Shown: positions 22,873 through 30,257, counted from the first letter of the stretch. The stretch is 32,000 nt of DNA from Candidatus Saccharimonadota bacterium (GCA_022843095.1 JALHOH010000001.1:120001-152000), one strand, 5' to 3'. Notes: generated by a model not told the origin, from the letters alone. A program made the numbers and translations.

Positions 22873-23141
22873 TACTCCCCCTCTTTTTTCACAGCCGCGC
22901 CAATGCGCGCCATTTCCTCCAGCACCTCCCCAAACAAGAGAAAGCGCAACAAGAAATACGAGCAGTGGCCGAAGAGGATGGCGCCAAGGACGGCTAGGCC
23001 CTTTTGCACCAACCAATGCGCCTGTTCACGTACGGCTGCGCCATAGCAGGCCCAAGTACCAAACAGGAGCATGCACCCGATCACGACATGAAGTACTGCG
23101 CATTCTCGTGCCGTGATCAATACTTTCTTTACTTCCTCCAT
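22872..23141 (-). CDS. Small membrane protein (island gene I, 89 aa, 2 TM).
   Basis: The start is ATG 23141 (MEEVKKVLITAR), preceded by GGAAGGAGGGTGGG. The TM segments are AVLHVVIGCMLLFGTWACYGA and LAVLGAILFGHCSYFLLRFLLF. It lies 20 nt downstream of the stop of gene H. Confidence 0.6.
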   Translation of the reverse strand: MEEVKKVLITARECAVLHVVIGCMLLFGTWACYGAAVREQAHWLVQKGLAVLGAILFGHCSYFLLRFLLFGEVLEEMARIGAAVKKEGE

Positions 23142-23161
23142 CCCACCCTCCTTCCTGGATT

Positions 23162-23590
23162 CTAACCCAGAATGATCTCGTCTACGGCAAATGCCGCACG
23201 ACCAGCGCACGTACACCACGCTTGAAGTACCGTCGCAACAACCGGTTGCAACGGACGCGGCGTCACAACGCCGAACCCTTGGCTCTGCCAGCCGGTCACG
23301 TTGCCGGCCACATCGCATTCCCCTGCGCCCTCCAATAGGATGGTCCGATCTCGTGGCAGATTCTCGAGCGCCTCGAACCGAGTCCGCTCCCGAAACACCT
23401 GCTCGAACGTCTCATCCAGAGGGATGGTGGCGCACAGATACAGGATCACATGCGAGGCGAATGCGCCAAGCCAGATCTTTTCTCCTTGCACCAAGAACTT
23501 CAAGGTCGGCCGCGAACCGCTCACGACAAACGCCTTCGCCCGACGCGACCGTGAACTCATTTCCGCTCTGCTGATGTAATGTACCTGCAT
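23162..23590 (-). CDS. Hypothetical soluble protein (island gene H, 142 aa).
   Basis: The ATG is preceded by AGGGAGG at 5-nt spacing. The composition looks globular (MQVHYISRAEMSSRSRRAKAFVVSGSRPTLKFLVQGEKIWLG). No motif is recognised. Confidence 0.6.
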   Translation of the reverse strand: MQVHYISRAEMSSRSRRAKAFVVSGSRPTLKFLVQGEKIWLGAFASHVILYLCATIPLDETFEQVFRERTRFEALENLPRDRTILLEGAGECDVAGNVTGWQSQGFGVVTPRPLQPVVATVLQAWCTCAGRAAFAVDEIILG

Positions 23591-23755
23591 TCATACCTCC
23601 CTGTTTGCCCACAGAATCCTCTGAGCAAAAAGGGAGGCAGAACGGAAATTCATCCACTACGATCTGACGAAAGAGGCGGTCGGGTAGAAACCAACGCACC
23701 TCCTTTGGAAGATCGCCCTCTCTCGTTGGAGAGAGCGCAGGATCCGAGAAGATCC

Positions 23756-24667
23756 TCAGACGCGCAAGGACAATGGCGGTGGCAACCGCACAAGTCCAAG
23801 CGCATCTCGCACGATAGAAAGGACGGCGCCGACACTGATTCCCAGGTGATACGGGAGCGCCTTGGTCCCGAGCATCTGCAGGTGCCGCGCAAGCGCGACC
23901 GGCGAAACGGAGACCATCTCACGAGTGCCGTTTGCTTCGATGTGCCAAAAATGCAGAGGCACACCGTATTCCAGCGTCGCGATCACGTACCGAAGCTGCG
24001 TTTCCAACTCCGAGCGAGTGGGAACGCGTCCGAAGTACGGAGCCGCGGATCCCCGGTAAGGCGCCCCGGTATTCACGGAGACCTCTTTTACGCACTGCTG
24101 CTTTTTTAGCATCGCATCCCAGATGCGCAACACCGTGAGCGCGATGGTCGGCGGGAGATCTTGCAGCGTTTCCACGAGGTCGATCTCCACCAACGGACTG
24201 CACCGTTTCAGGATCCGGATGCACGAGGCATAGGATCCATCCTCGGGGCGAAGCGTGAGCCCGTGAGGTGTTTCCCGAAGCGCCTCCCCCGCCGCTCCGA
24301 CGATGATCGTGTTGTCCCACTCCGTCTCATCGACGCACGTGAGAGCGACTTCGTACGTGTCTCCGGCACTTGGAGGAAATGCTCCGCGCAACTCGTCGAC
24401 GCACCGGATAGAAAGCCGCAACAACCGTTGCTGCTTAAGCGATAGCAGCCGATTTCCAAGAGCCGCGTCGAGATCGTTCCGCCAGGAAGGGACCCCATCG
24501 ATCACCGCGAGGAGCGGCTCGATGGGTCGCGTAGACCACCGTCCTTTCCCGGCGCTCATGCGCACATCGACAGGCGCCCCTTCAACACCCACGATCCGCG
24601 CGATCACTCCTTCTGGCGCAGGCACACCCGTGTCCGCGAAGACGCGAATGTCCGGTTTCGTATTCAT
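23756..24667 (-). CDS. Hypothetical soluble protein (island gene G, 303 aa).
   Basis: I place the start at ATG 24667 (MNTKPDIRVFADTG), preceded by GGAGGTGGTG, only 14 nt after the stop of gene F. No motif is recognised. Confidence 0.65.
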   Translation of the reverse strand: MNTKPDIRVFADTGVPAPEGVIARIVGVEGAPVDVRMSAGKGRWSTRPIEPLLAVIDGVPSWRNDLDAALGNRLLSLKQQRLLRLSIRCVDELRGAFPPSAGDTYEVALTCVDETEWDNTIIVGAAGEALRETPHGLTLRPEDGSYASCIRILKRCSPLVEIDLVETLQDLPPTIALTVLRIWDAMLKKQQCVKEVSVNTGAPYRGSAAPYFGRVPTRSELETQLRYVIATLEYGVPLHFWHIEANGTREMVSVSPVALARHLQMLGTKALPYHLGISVGAVLSIVRDALGLVRLPPPLSLRV

Positions 24668-24681
24668 CACCACCTCCGTTC

Positions 24682-25575
24682 CTAAAACCGCTGGCCAGAC
24701 GCGCGAGGGAACCATCTCCCGCGCACGCGCACCTTCATGACAGACGAAAGCGCCTCCGCAAACACGTACTCGCCGCGTTCGCGCACTGCATCAGTGTCCA
24801 CCGCCTTCGCCTCCGACAGGATACGCGTGCCCATCGTGACCACGCGATCCGCCAGATTCTGCCGATACGTCCAGGCCTGTTTTGCCGGCGTCACCGTGAA
24901 CCGATGAAGCGCCTGCACGCATTCCTGCACATCCGACGAAACCTCCGCGACCTCGACAGCCGCGAGAACCTGTCCAAGCTCGGACAGATCCGACAGCGTC
25001 GACGCATCCCCGACCCCGATGATCGGTCGGGAAAGACGCAACGACTGCAACACGGTCATCACGAACTTCTCGAGCACGGCACGCTGCTCTGGACCGGGAA
25101 GCGTTTGCCACCAGGCAAACAAATCCACCTCCAGAAACGCCCCAAATGCCGCAACCGCCGGCCAATAAAAGGACTCCCGAACCTGGACCAACCACAACGC
25201 ATGGCGCGTCGCACGATCCACGATCTCGAACCGGCCAGCAATGCCGGAGATCGCCCCCTTCTTTCCTGTCGCAGCATCCGACGGTCGTTCGACGGACGGG
25301 CGCAAAAACACCGTGTCCGCCGCCGGGGCAAGAAACTTCCCCTTCCAAACCGATCGGCGACGGTCCTGCCACGCGACGACATGCTTGCCGTACACGGGCT
25401 CCATCGTCCCGATGAGCTCGTACCCCAGCGCCTCCTGGGTGTGGAGATCGATACTCACCGCCTCCTCATTCGTAGGAAAGCCGACCAGCTCTCCAAGTGG
25501 GAGAGGCGAAAGCGGCTTGGCTCGCTCGGCGGCCACCAAACGATCCCGTAACATCTCCTTCTCTTTTTCGTTCAT
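24682..25575 (-). CDS. Hypothetical soluble protein (island gene F, 297 aa).
   Basis: The ATG is preceded by GGGGAGGATGGAGGAAGA. The N-terminus is MNEKEKEMLRDRLVAAERAK. No motif is recognised. Confidence 0.65.
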   Translation of the reverse strand: MNEKEKEMLRDRLVAAERAKPLSPLPLGELVGFPTNEEAVSIDLHTQEALGYELIGTMEPVYGKHVVAWQDRRRSVWKGKFLAPAADTVFLRPSVERPSDAATGKKGAISGIAGRFEIVDRATRHALWLVQVRESFYWPAVAAFGAFLEVDLFAWWQTLPGPEQRAVLEKFVMTVLQSLRLSRPIIGVGDASTLSDLSELGQVLAAVEVAEVSSDVQECVQALHRFTVTPAKQAWTYRQNLADRVVTMGTRILSEAKAVDTDAVRERGEYVFAEALSSVMKVRVRGRWFPRASGQRF

Positions 25576-25612
25576 TCTTCCTCCATCCTCCCCACGACAC
25601 CGCGTCCTGGGG

Positions 25613-25647
25613 AAAAATGAGGCCAGGAAAACCGTCCGTTTTCCTGG
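25613..25647 (-). terminator. Intrinsic terminator or attenuator inside the island, in the E|F spacer.
   Basis: The minus-strand RNA reads CCAGGAAAAC-GGACG-GUUUUCCUGG (10 bp) followed by CCUCAUUUUUCC. It starts 4 nt after the stop of gene E. Confidence 0.7.
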
Positions 25648-25651
25648 ACAC

Positions 25652-26536
25652 CTACAGGCTCTTCAATATGGTCGTCATCTGTCCAAAGCCGCTATCCAAG
25701 ATCAAGACTTCTTCTGGATAAAGTTCCCGCGCGTACGCTTCGATCGTGTGAGCAAAGACCTCGTCGTTCGAAAGGGAGAAGTATCGATCTGCGAATTCAC
25801 GCCTCACCAACGCAAACCCCCACATCGCAGCCATGACGGATCTGTCCTCGTCTCGAAGTGCCTGGACAAACCGCTCCAGCGCTTGCTTCCACGGCGTGGA
25901 AGGAATCGTCGTCACCCAGTTCGCGACGTCGTTCACCAAGGTCTGTCGTACAGGCTGCTCGGCAAATGCCGCAAGAACAACATCTTGCGCCTGTTCAACC
26001 GACCAAAGCTGCCGAATGAGCGCCAACGTGGCACGCAAAATCCTTACGGGTTGATGGATAAACGCTCCTTCGAGCGAGACCGTGGTACGCTTCCGCAATT
26101 CGCCACGCAACACGGCCATCTCCTGATGCGTAGGCTCCTGCCATTCAGAGACGAACACAGCGTAATCGAAACGAGGCTGACGGTATTGCACTCGCTTCTC
26201 CTGCCGCGGCATCCTGAGACAAAACGCCGTTGGGCAGGAATACCCATACTCGCGCTCATCCGCAGGCATAGGAGGCACACCATCCATGTACAAACAATCG
26301 CGTCGCGCCTCTCCGGTGAGCACGGATTCGAGAAGCGTCCTATTCACCGCTTCTTCTTGAACCGTTTGTGATCCAAGAAAGGCATACGCCCGATAACAGG
26401 GCAGGTACACGGTGGTGATGCGTCCACCGTTGCGCCCCACCAATCGCCAGGTGAGGTCCACCATGCGTCGCTCCTCGATCAAGGTCCTGTAGACCTCGCG
26501 AGACGCCTTCTCACCAAGAATTTCAAATGTGCTCAT
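25652..26536 (-). CDS. Hypothetical soluble protein (island gene E, 294 aa).
   Basis: I place the start at ATG 26536 (MSTFEILGEKASREVY), preceded by AAGGAGGGG at 4-5 nt. The upstream part of the track ORF covers the structured spacer. No motif is recognised. Confidence 0.65.
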   Translation of the reverse strand: MSTFEILGEKASREVYRTLIEERRMVDLTWRLVGRNGGRITTVYLPCYRAYAFLGSQTVQEEAVNRTLLESVLTGEARRDCLYMDGVPPMPADEREYGYSCPTAFCLRMPRQEKRVQYRQPRFDYAVFVSEWQEPTHQEMAVLRGELRKRTTVSLEGAFIHQPVRILRATLALIRQLWSVEQAQDVVLAAFAEQPVRQTLVNDVANWVTTIPSTPWKQALERFVQALRDEDRSVMAAMWGFALVRREFADRYFSLSNDEVFAHTIEAYARELYPEEVLILDSGFGQMTTILKSL

Positions 26537-26540
26537 CCAT

Positions 26541-26626
26541 CCCCTCCTTGGAAGCCATTCGCTTCCTCTCTCCCCACATCTGCGAATATGGGAAAAGAGG
26601 AAGCCGTCTTCATGGGAAGACGGGAA
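26541..26626 (-). repeat. Degenerate third copy of the hairpin/hairpin/SD module, in the D|E spacer.
   Basis: The minus-strand RNA reads CCGUCUUC-CCAU-GAAGACGG ... GGAAGC-GAAUG-GCUUCC-AAGGAGGGG. The segment CTCCTTGGAAGCCATTCGCTTC matches CTCCGTGAAGCCGTTCGCTTC of copies 1 and 2 at about 19/24 positions. The AGAGG..CCGT..CATG..GGGAA..CGG block is also shared, with an insertion of about 30 nt. Confidence 0.5.
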
Positions 26627-26664
26627 GAAAGAACGAAAGATCATTTCCAAAAAAGAACGATTTG

Positions 26665-27198
26665 TCAACGGATCCGCATCGTTTTGGCACGGTACCGCTG
26701 AAAGCGCACTTCCGCGTATTTATGATTGCGGAACGGACGTTCCATGCAGGTTGTGGGCGACCAAAGCGCAAGACGTCCATCCGAGAGCGGCGTCACCTGT
26801 TCTTCGTCCAGGTTTCCCGCAATCCCAGGCGTTTCTCGCCACCAAGGCCGTGGATCCGGGTCGATCGCCTCCGGCGTCCCGAACACCAAATCCCCATCCA
26901 TCCACAAGATGTCCCACGTCAGCGGATACGAAACCACCTGAAACTGATCCGCCACATACAGCCACCCTGTGACCCCTTCCAGCTCAACCATCATCTCCAT
27001 CGCTTGTCGGACCTGCTCAATCCAACGTCGCAGTGGCGCGTGGTATCGATCGAGATAGGCGCGCAACAGCACCGGCTCCCGGATCAGGGATACCACGGCT
27101 TCCTGATACGCCCGATCTTGCTCCTTCGCCCGGTCAAAGTCCCGGACGACCTGCACGATCTGCTCCTGCAACGCAAGCAGCTCTTGTTTCAGCGTCAT
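26665..27198 (-). CDS. Hypothetical protein (island gene D, 177 aa) with an N-terminal coiled-coil-like helix and a Trp-rich C-terminal domain.
   Basis: I place the start at ATG 27198 (MTLKQELLALQEQIVQVVRDFDRAKEQ), preceded by AAGGAGG at 6-nt spacing. The later segment is GWLYVADQFQVVSYPLTWDILWMDGDLVFG. Confidence 0.6.
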   Translation of the reverse strand: MTLKQELLALQEQIVQVVRDFDRAKEQDRAYQEAVVSLIREPVLLRAYLDRYHAPLRRWIEQVRQAMEMMVELEGVTGWLYVADQFQVVSYPLTWDILWMDGDLVFGTPEAIDPDPRPWWRETPGIAGNLDEEQVTPLSDGRLALWSPTTCMERPFRNHKYAEVRFQRYRAKTMRIR

Positions 27199-27269
27199 CC
27201 GGTCCTCCTTTCCAGCTCGTTCCCCTGTAGACAAACGAAACCAATGCTGAGTCCGTTTGTCCAGTTACG

Positions 27270-27295
27270 CAAAAACGCCGAGCAATCACCCGGCG
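27270..27295 (-). terminator. Intrinsic terminator in the C|D spacer.
   Basis: The minus-strand RNA reads CGCCGGG-UGAUUG-CUCGGCG (7 bp including one G:U) followed by UUUUUG. It lies about 125 nt downstream of the stop of gene C. Confidence 0.65.
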
Positions 27296-27419
27296 ACACA
27301 TTTTTGAGCGTACACTCCTCCTTAGGGCACCGTGCCCCGCACAAGATCCGCGCGTGGGTGGAGTCCACGTCAGATCCTTTGCGGGACCGGTCTCTTGGGA
27401 GTTCCGTTGAGACCGAACA

Positions 27420-27782
27420 CTAGATACCGACACACAACTTCGCCTTCAGCTCTTTTTGTCGCGCCTGGAGTCGACGCCTGTCCACGGGAGCGCGGAGAAT
27501 ATCACGGAGCCGCGACCGACACAGAACTTTCATGCAGGAATAGATGTCGTGATACTCAACCAGTGTTGGTTGTTTCCGAATATGTTTTACCATCTCTGTT
27601 TGAAGAGCTAGTATCATGTAGCCAAAACACCAAGGACTCCTCAATAGGCAAACATAGAGCATGGCGCAGAATAAGAACATGGCGCAGAAGAAAACGAACC
27701 ACAAAAACTTTTCCCTTTGACGCACGTCCTCCATCAAATTTTCAATGTGCTGAAGCTCAGAAAAATTTTCTTCTCTGTACAT
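27420..27782 (-). CDS. Small membrane protein (island gene C, 120 aa) in an AT-rich gene.
   Basis: I place the start at ATG 27782 (MYREENFSELQHIENLMEDV), preceded by GGTGGAGGG. The hydrophobic hairpin is FLWFVFFCAMFLFCAMLYVCLL..WCFGYMILAL, and the C-terminus is basic. A sample line gives about 43% GC. Confidence 0.6.
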   Translation of the reverse strand: MYREENFSELQHIENLMEDVRQREKFLWFVFFCAMFLFCAMLYVCLLRSPWCFGYMILALQTEMVKHIRKQPTLVEYHDIYSCMKVLCRSRLRDILRAPVDRRRLQARQKELKAKLCVGI

Positions 27783-27902
27783 GATCCCTCCACCCGGGTC
27801 GTGATTGACCCCATTGCATGCACCAATCTGTGATGCACGCGATGGGATCCACCTTGCAGGACGCAAGATGGTTGCCGCAGAGCGCGGCGAAGAAGGAGCA
27901 AA

Positions 27903-29666
27903 CTACTGCGCGATGACGGGGATCGCCATCGAGGGGCACGAGCGGAGGCCGCACGGGTTGATCGCGTAGATGCGATCGCCCGAGACAGCGCCCGAGGTGC
28001 GGATGTTGAGCACGCCGGGCATGCCCGACATGTAGTTGAGGTCCCACTCGCCCTGGACGTAGCCATGGGCGATGTTGAACTCCACCGAGTACGCACCGGC
28101 CGGAAGCTCGGCGGGCCAGCTGTGCGCGGGCATCGCGCGGATCTGGATCCGCACCGGCCGACCGGGGAACACGTTGATCGTGTTCGCGGTCAGGTCGATG
28201 TCGCGCGCCTGGTTCTCGCCGGCCGGAAACGTATCCTGGCCGTGCGTGGCGCCGTCCCCGTCCACGACGTAGATCCGATTCACGAAGCTCGCATGCCCCG
28301 TGAGCTGGATCCGCAGACGATCGATCACGGCCGGCTCGAGCGTCGAGCGCGCAATGTAGTTCGCCACCACGTACATCGGCGGCCGTCCGATCCAGAAGCC
28401 CGGCGTGACCGATGCGCTCGGATCGATCTCGATCGAGAGCGTGCCACGGTCATGCACCGTGACGAAGTCGACCGGCGCGGCGCTCGCGTTGGCGATGACA
28501 CCCGAGGCGAGGTTGACCGAGGCGGTCAGCTCGCTATCGTCGAAGGCGATGACGTCGCTCGGGCGCGCGATGCCGATCGAAAGCCGATCGCCCCCCGTGA
28601 GCTGTGACACGACAGAATCCATCGTGCAGCGCACCTCGAGCGTTCGCGACGTTCCGCGCGGAATCGACCAGTTCATGGCCGTGATCCGGATTCTGCCCAT
28701 CGAATCAGGCGACTGCGCCAATCCGACTTCAACGTTGCCGTCGAACAACGCACAGCTCGTCGCGACGTGCCACGCGTTGTAAGGAAGGAAGAATCCGTTG
28801 ATGTTGCCCATGGCGGACAACGTCGTCTCACGCACCTGCAGATCGCTCGCCGCGCTCGCGGTGAACACGATCCCAGTGACGGGAGCACGATTCGCCTTCT
28901 TCACCGTCTCCGTCCGCATCGGCGTTGCCGCCAGCGCGACGTTCAGGGTGGGGGCGACGACCGTGAAGGGATTTCCCTCCGCGATCTCGTTCCCCACGAT
29001 CTCCTCCGGCAAAACGAACGTGCCATCGCTGATGCGGCGCACGTCGCTCGGCCGAAAGAAGCGCGCGCCCTGCTCGTCGGTGAAGGAGATGCGATAGCTC
29101 CTCCCCACCAACTCACCGGGGACATCCTCACGGCTCGCGATGTCCATCGTGATGCCGAGGCGGCGCACTTCGCCGCGCCGCATCGCGAACGCATCACGCA
29201 CCTCCCAGAAGACGCTGTTCGTAGTGGGTGCCGAAATGGACGTCGGCCCCATGAGGGTCTGACCGGTTTCGAGGTCCTTCCACTTGATGTCGTGGAAGTA
29301 GACGCTCTCCAGCGACCCGACGAACGACCGCTCCGACGCGTCCGACACGAGTCGGTGACGCGAGGCGCGGATCTCGACGTCGTCGAGCGCCTCCAACCGG
29401 AAGGCGAAGACCACGTTGTCCTGCTGCCCGACCCTAACGTTCCGCGCGGCCGGCCCGTCGTAGTACAGACGAAGCGCGGGCCGCAGTACCGGCGGCGTCG
29501 TGCCTGCCGGCGGCGGAACGTCGCCCGGCACCATGCCCGGCGGAGACGTAATCGGAACCGGCGTTGCGATCGGAAGCGCATCTGCGGAAGCGGCCGAACC
29601 GACCACGACCGGTGAACACCCCGACAAAACCAATGCCGCCACAAAGGCGATCATCAACTTACGCAT
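27903..29666 (-). CDS. Large predicted lipoprotein (island gene B, 587 aa), apparently all-beta and built of repeated modules. It is very GC-rich.
   Basis: I place the start at ATG 29666, giving MRKLMIAFVAALVLSGCSP (signal peptide with the lipobox LSGC). A Pro-rich linker (PITSPPGMVPGDVPPPAGTTPP) follows. Strand-like segments then recur (VVFAFRLEA, LEVRCTMDS, TLSIEIDPS, VRIQIRAMP, YSVEFNIAHG). Sample lines give about 65-72% GC. Confidence 0.7.
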   Translation of the reverse strand: MRKLMIAFVAALVLSGCSPVVVGSAASADALPIATPVPITSPPGMVPGDVPPPAGTTPPVLRPALRLYYDGPAARNVRVGQQDNVVFAFRLEALDDVEIRASRHRLVSDASERSFVGSLESVYFHDIKWKDLETGQTLMGPTSISAPTTNSVFWEVRDAFAMRRGEVRRLGITMDIASREDVPGELVGRSYRISFTDEQGARFFRPSDVRRISDGTFVLPEEIVGNEIAEGNPFTVVAPTLNVALAATPMRTETVKKANRAPVTGIVFTASAASDLQVRETTLSAMGNINGFFLPYNAWHVATSCALFDGNVEVGLAQSPDSMGRIRITAMNWSIPRGTSRTLEVRCTMDSVVSQLTGGDRLSIGIARPSDVIAFDDSELTASVNLASGVIANASAAPVDFVTVHDRGTLSIEIDPSASVTPGFWIGRPPMYVVANYIARSTLEPAVIDRLRIQLTGHASFVNRIYVVDGDGATHGQDTFPAGENQARDIDLTANTINVFPGRPVRIQIRAMPAHSWPAELPAGAYSVEFNIAHGYVQGEWDLNYMSGMPGVLNIRTSGAVSGDRIYAINPCGLRSCPSMAIPVIAQ

Positions 29667-29770
29667 TTTCAAAGTCCTTTCTGGAGCACCTGCTCCAACG
29701 AAGGTTCGGATGCGCAACACATCCGAGGCTTTGTTGGAGCCATCTCTTCGCAGAACACAGAGAGATGAAC

Positions 29771-30229
29771 TCAGTGAAGACATCTGGCCGACGGAATCGT
29801 CAATGGAATCTCCATGTTCACATTGATCAACTCACCCCGACAGAGGCCAGACAGTCGAGAACGATCGGATGAGCCAACCTGGGCAAAAATCCGCATTGAA
29901 GCGAGCGAACGCCCTTCAAAAGAAGACCATTGCTCACTGCCATATCGAGGTTGACGTCCTTGAGTGCCTTCGCAAACAACATTCGCATGGACGAACCCCA
30001 TCCAACGCTGATCCATACGGAGTTGCAACCGAGATCCGCGAGAATCATGCCTCTCCCCAATTGGACCAAAAGCGAACACCCTCCATCCCGACGGACAATA
30101 CGAGAGGTCCGCCCGACTAACATCGATGCAGAGGTGGCCTTCCGGACACGAAGGAAGTGGTTCGCTCCCCCGGCACCCAGCCACCACCATCACCAATACA
30201 GCCAGAAGCAGAGTGAACAAGCTCTTCAT
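29771..30229 (-). CDS. Small Cys-containing lipoprotein (island gene A, 152 aa), the first gene of the island.
   Basis: The N-terminus is MKSLFTLLLAVLVMVVAGC (signal peptide with the lipobox VAGC). Six further Cys follow. The SD AAGGAG sits 8 nt before the ATG. Confidence 0.65.
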   Translation of the reverse strand: MKSLFTLLLAVLVMVVAGCRGSEPLPSCPEGHLCIDVSRADLSYCPSGWRVFAFGPIGERHDSRGSRLQLRMDQRWMGFVHANVVCEGTQGRQPRYGSEQWSSFEGRSLASMRIFAQVGSSDRSRLSGLCRGELINVNMEIPLTIPSARCLH

Positions 30230-30257
30230 TTTTCAGCTCCTTCTAGAACCCGTTCCT

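Noticed and set aside
23412-23699. A 95-aa minus-strand ORF starting at a GTG in the G|H spacer.
   Set aside because: The GTG directly abuts the SD-like AGGAGG with zero spacing. The frame overlaps gene H out of phase and the product is Cys/Arg-rich. I keep it only as a possible short regulatory uORF under the G|H finding.
25241-27423. Two long plus-strand ORFs (376 aa and 298 aa) opposite island genes D, E and F.
   Set aside because: Both cross structured spacers and terminators. They are R/P/S/H-rich and lack SDs. The minus-strand ORFs have GGAGG sites at correct spacing and globular composition.
22873-29783. N-terminal extensions of island ORFs as given in the track (starts at 23016, 23318, 24715, 26668, 27234, 27866 and 29783).
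   Set aside because: In each case an internal ATG is preceded by a GGAGG-type SD at 4-8 nt (only a weak AAAGGA for gene B) and yields a sensible N-terminus, such as a signal peptide or a polar start. The extension would overlap the upstream gene or read through hairpin-rich spacer sequence.
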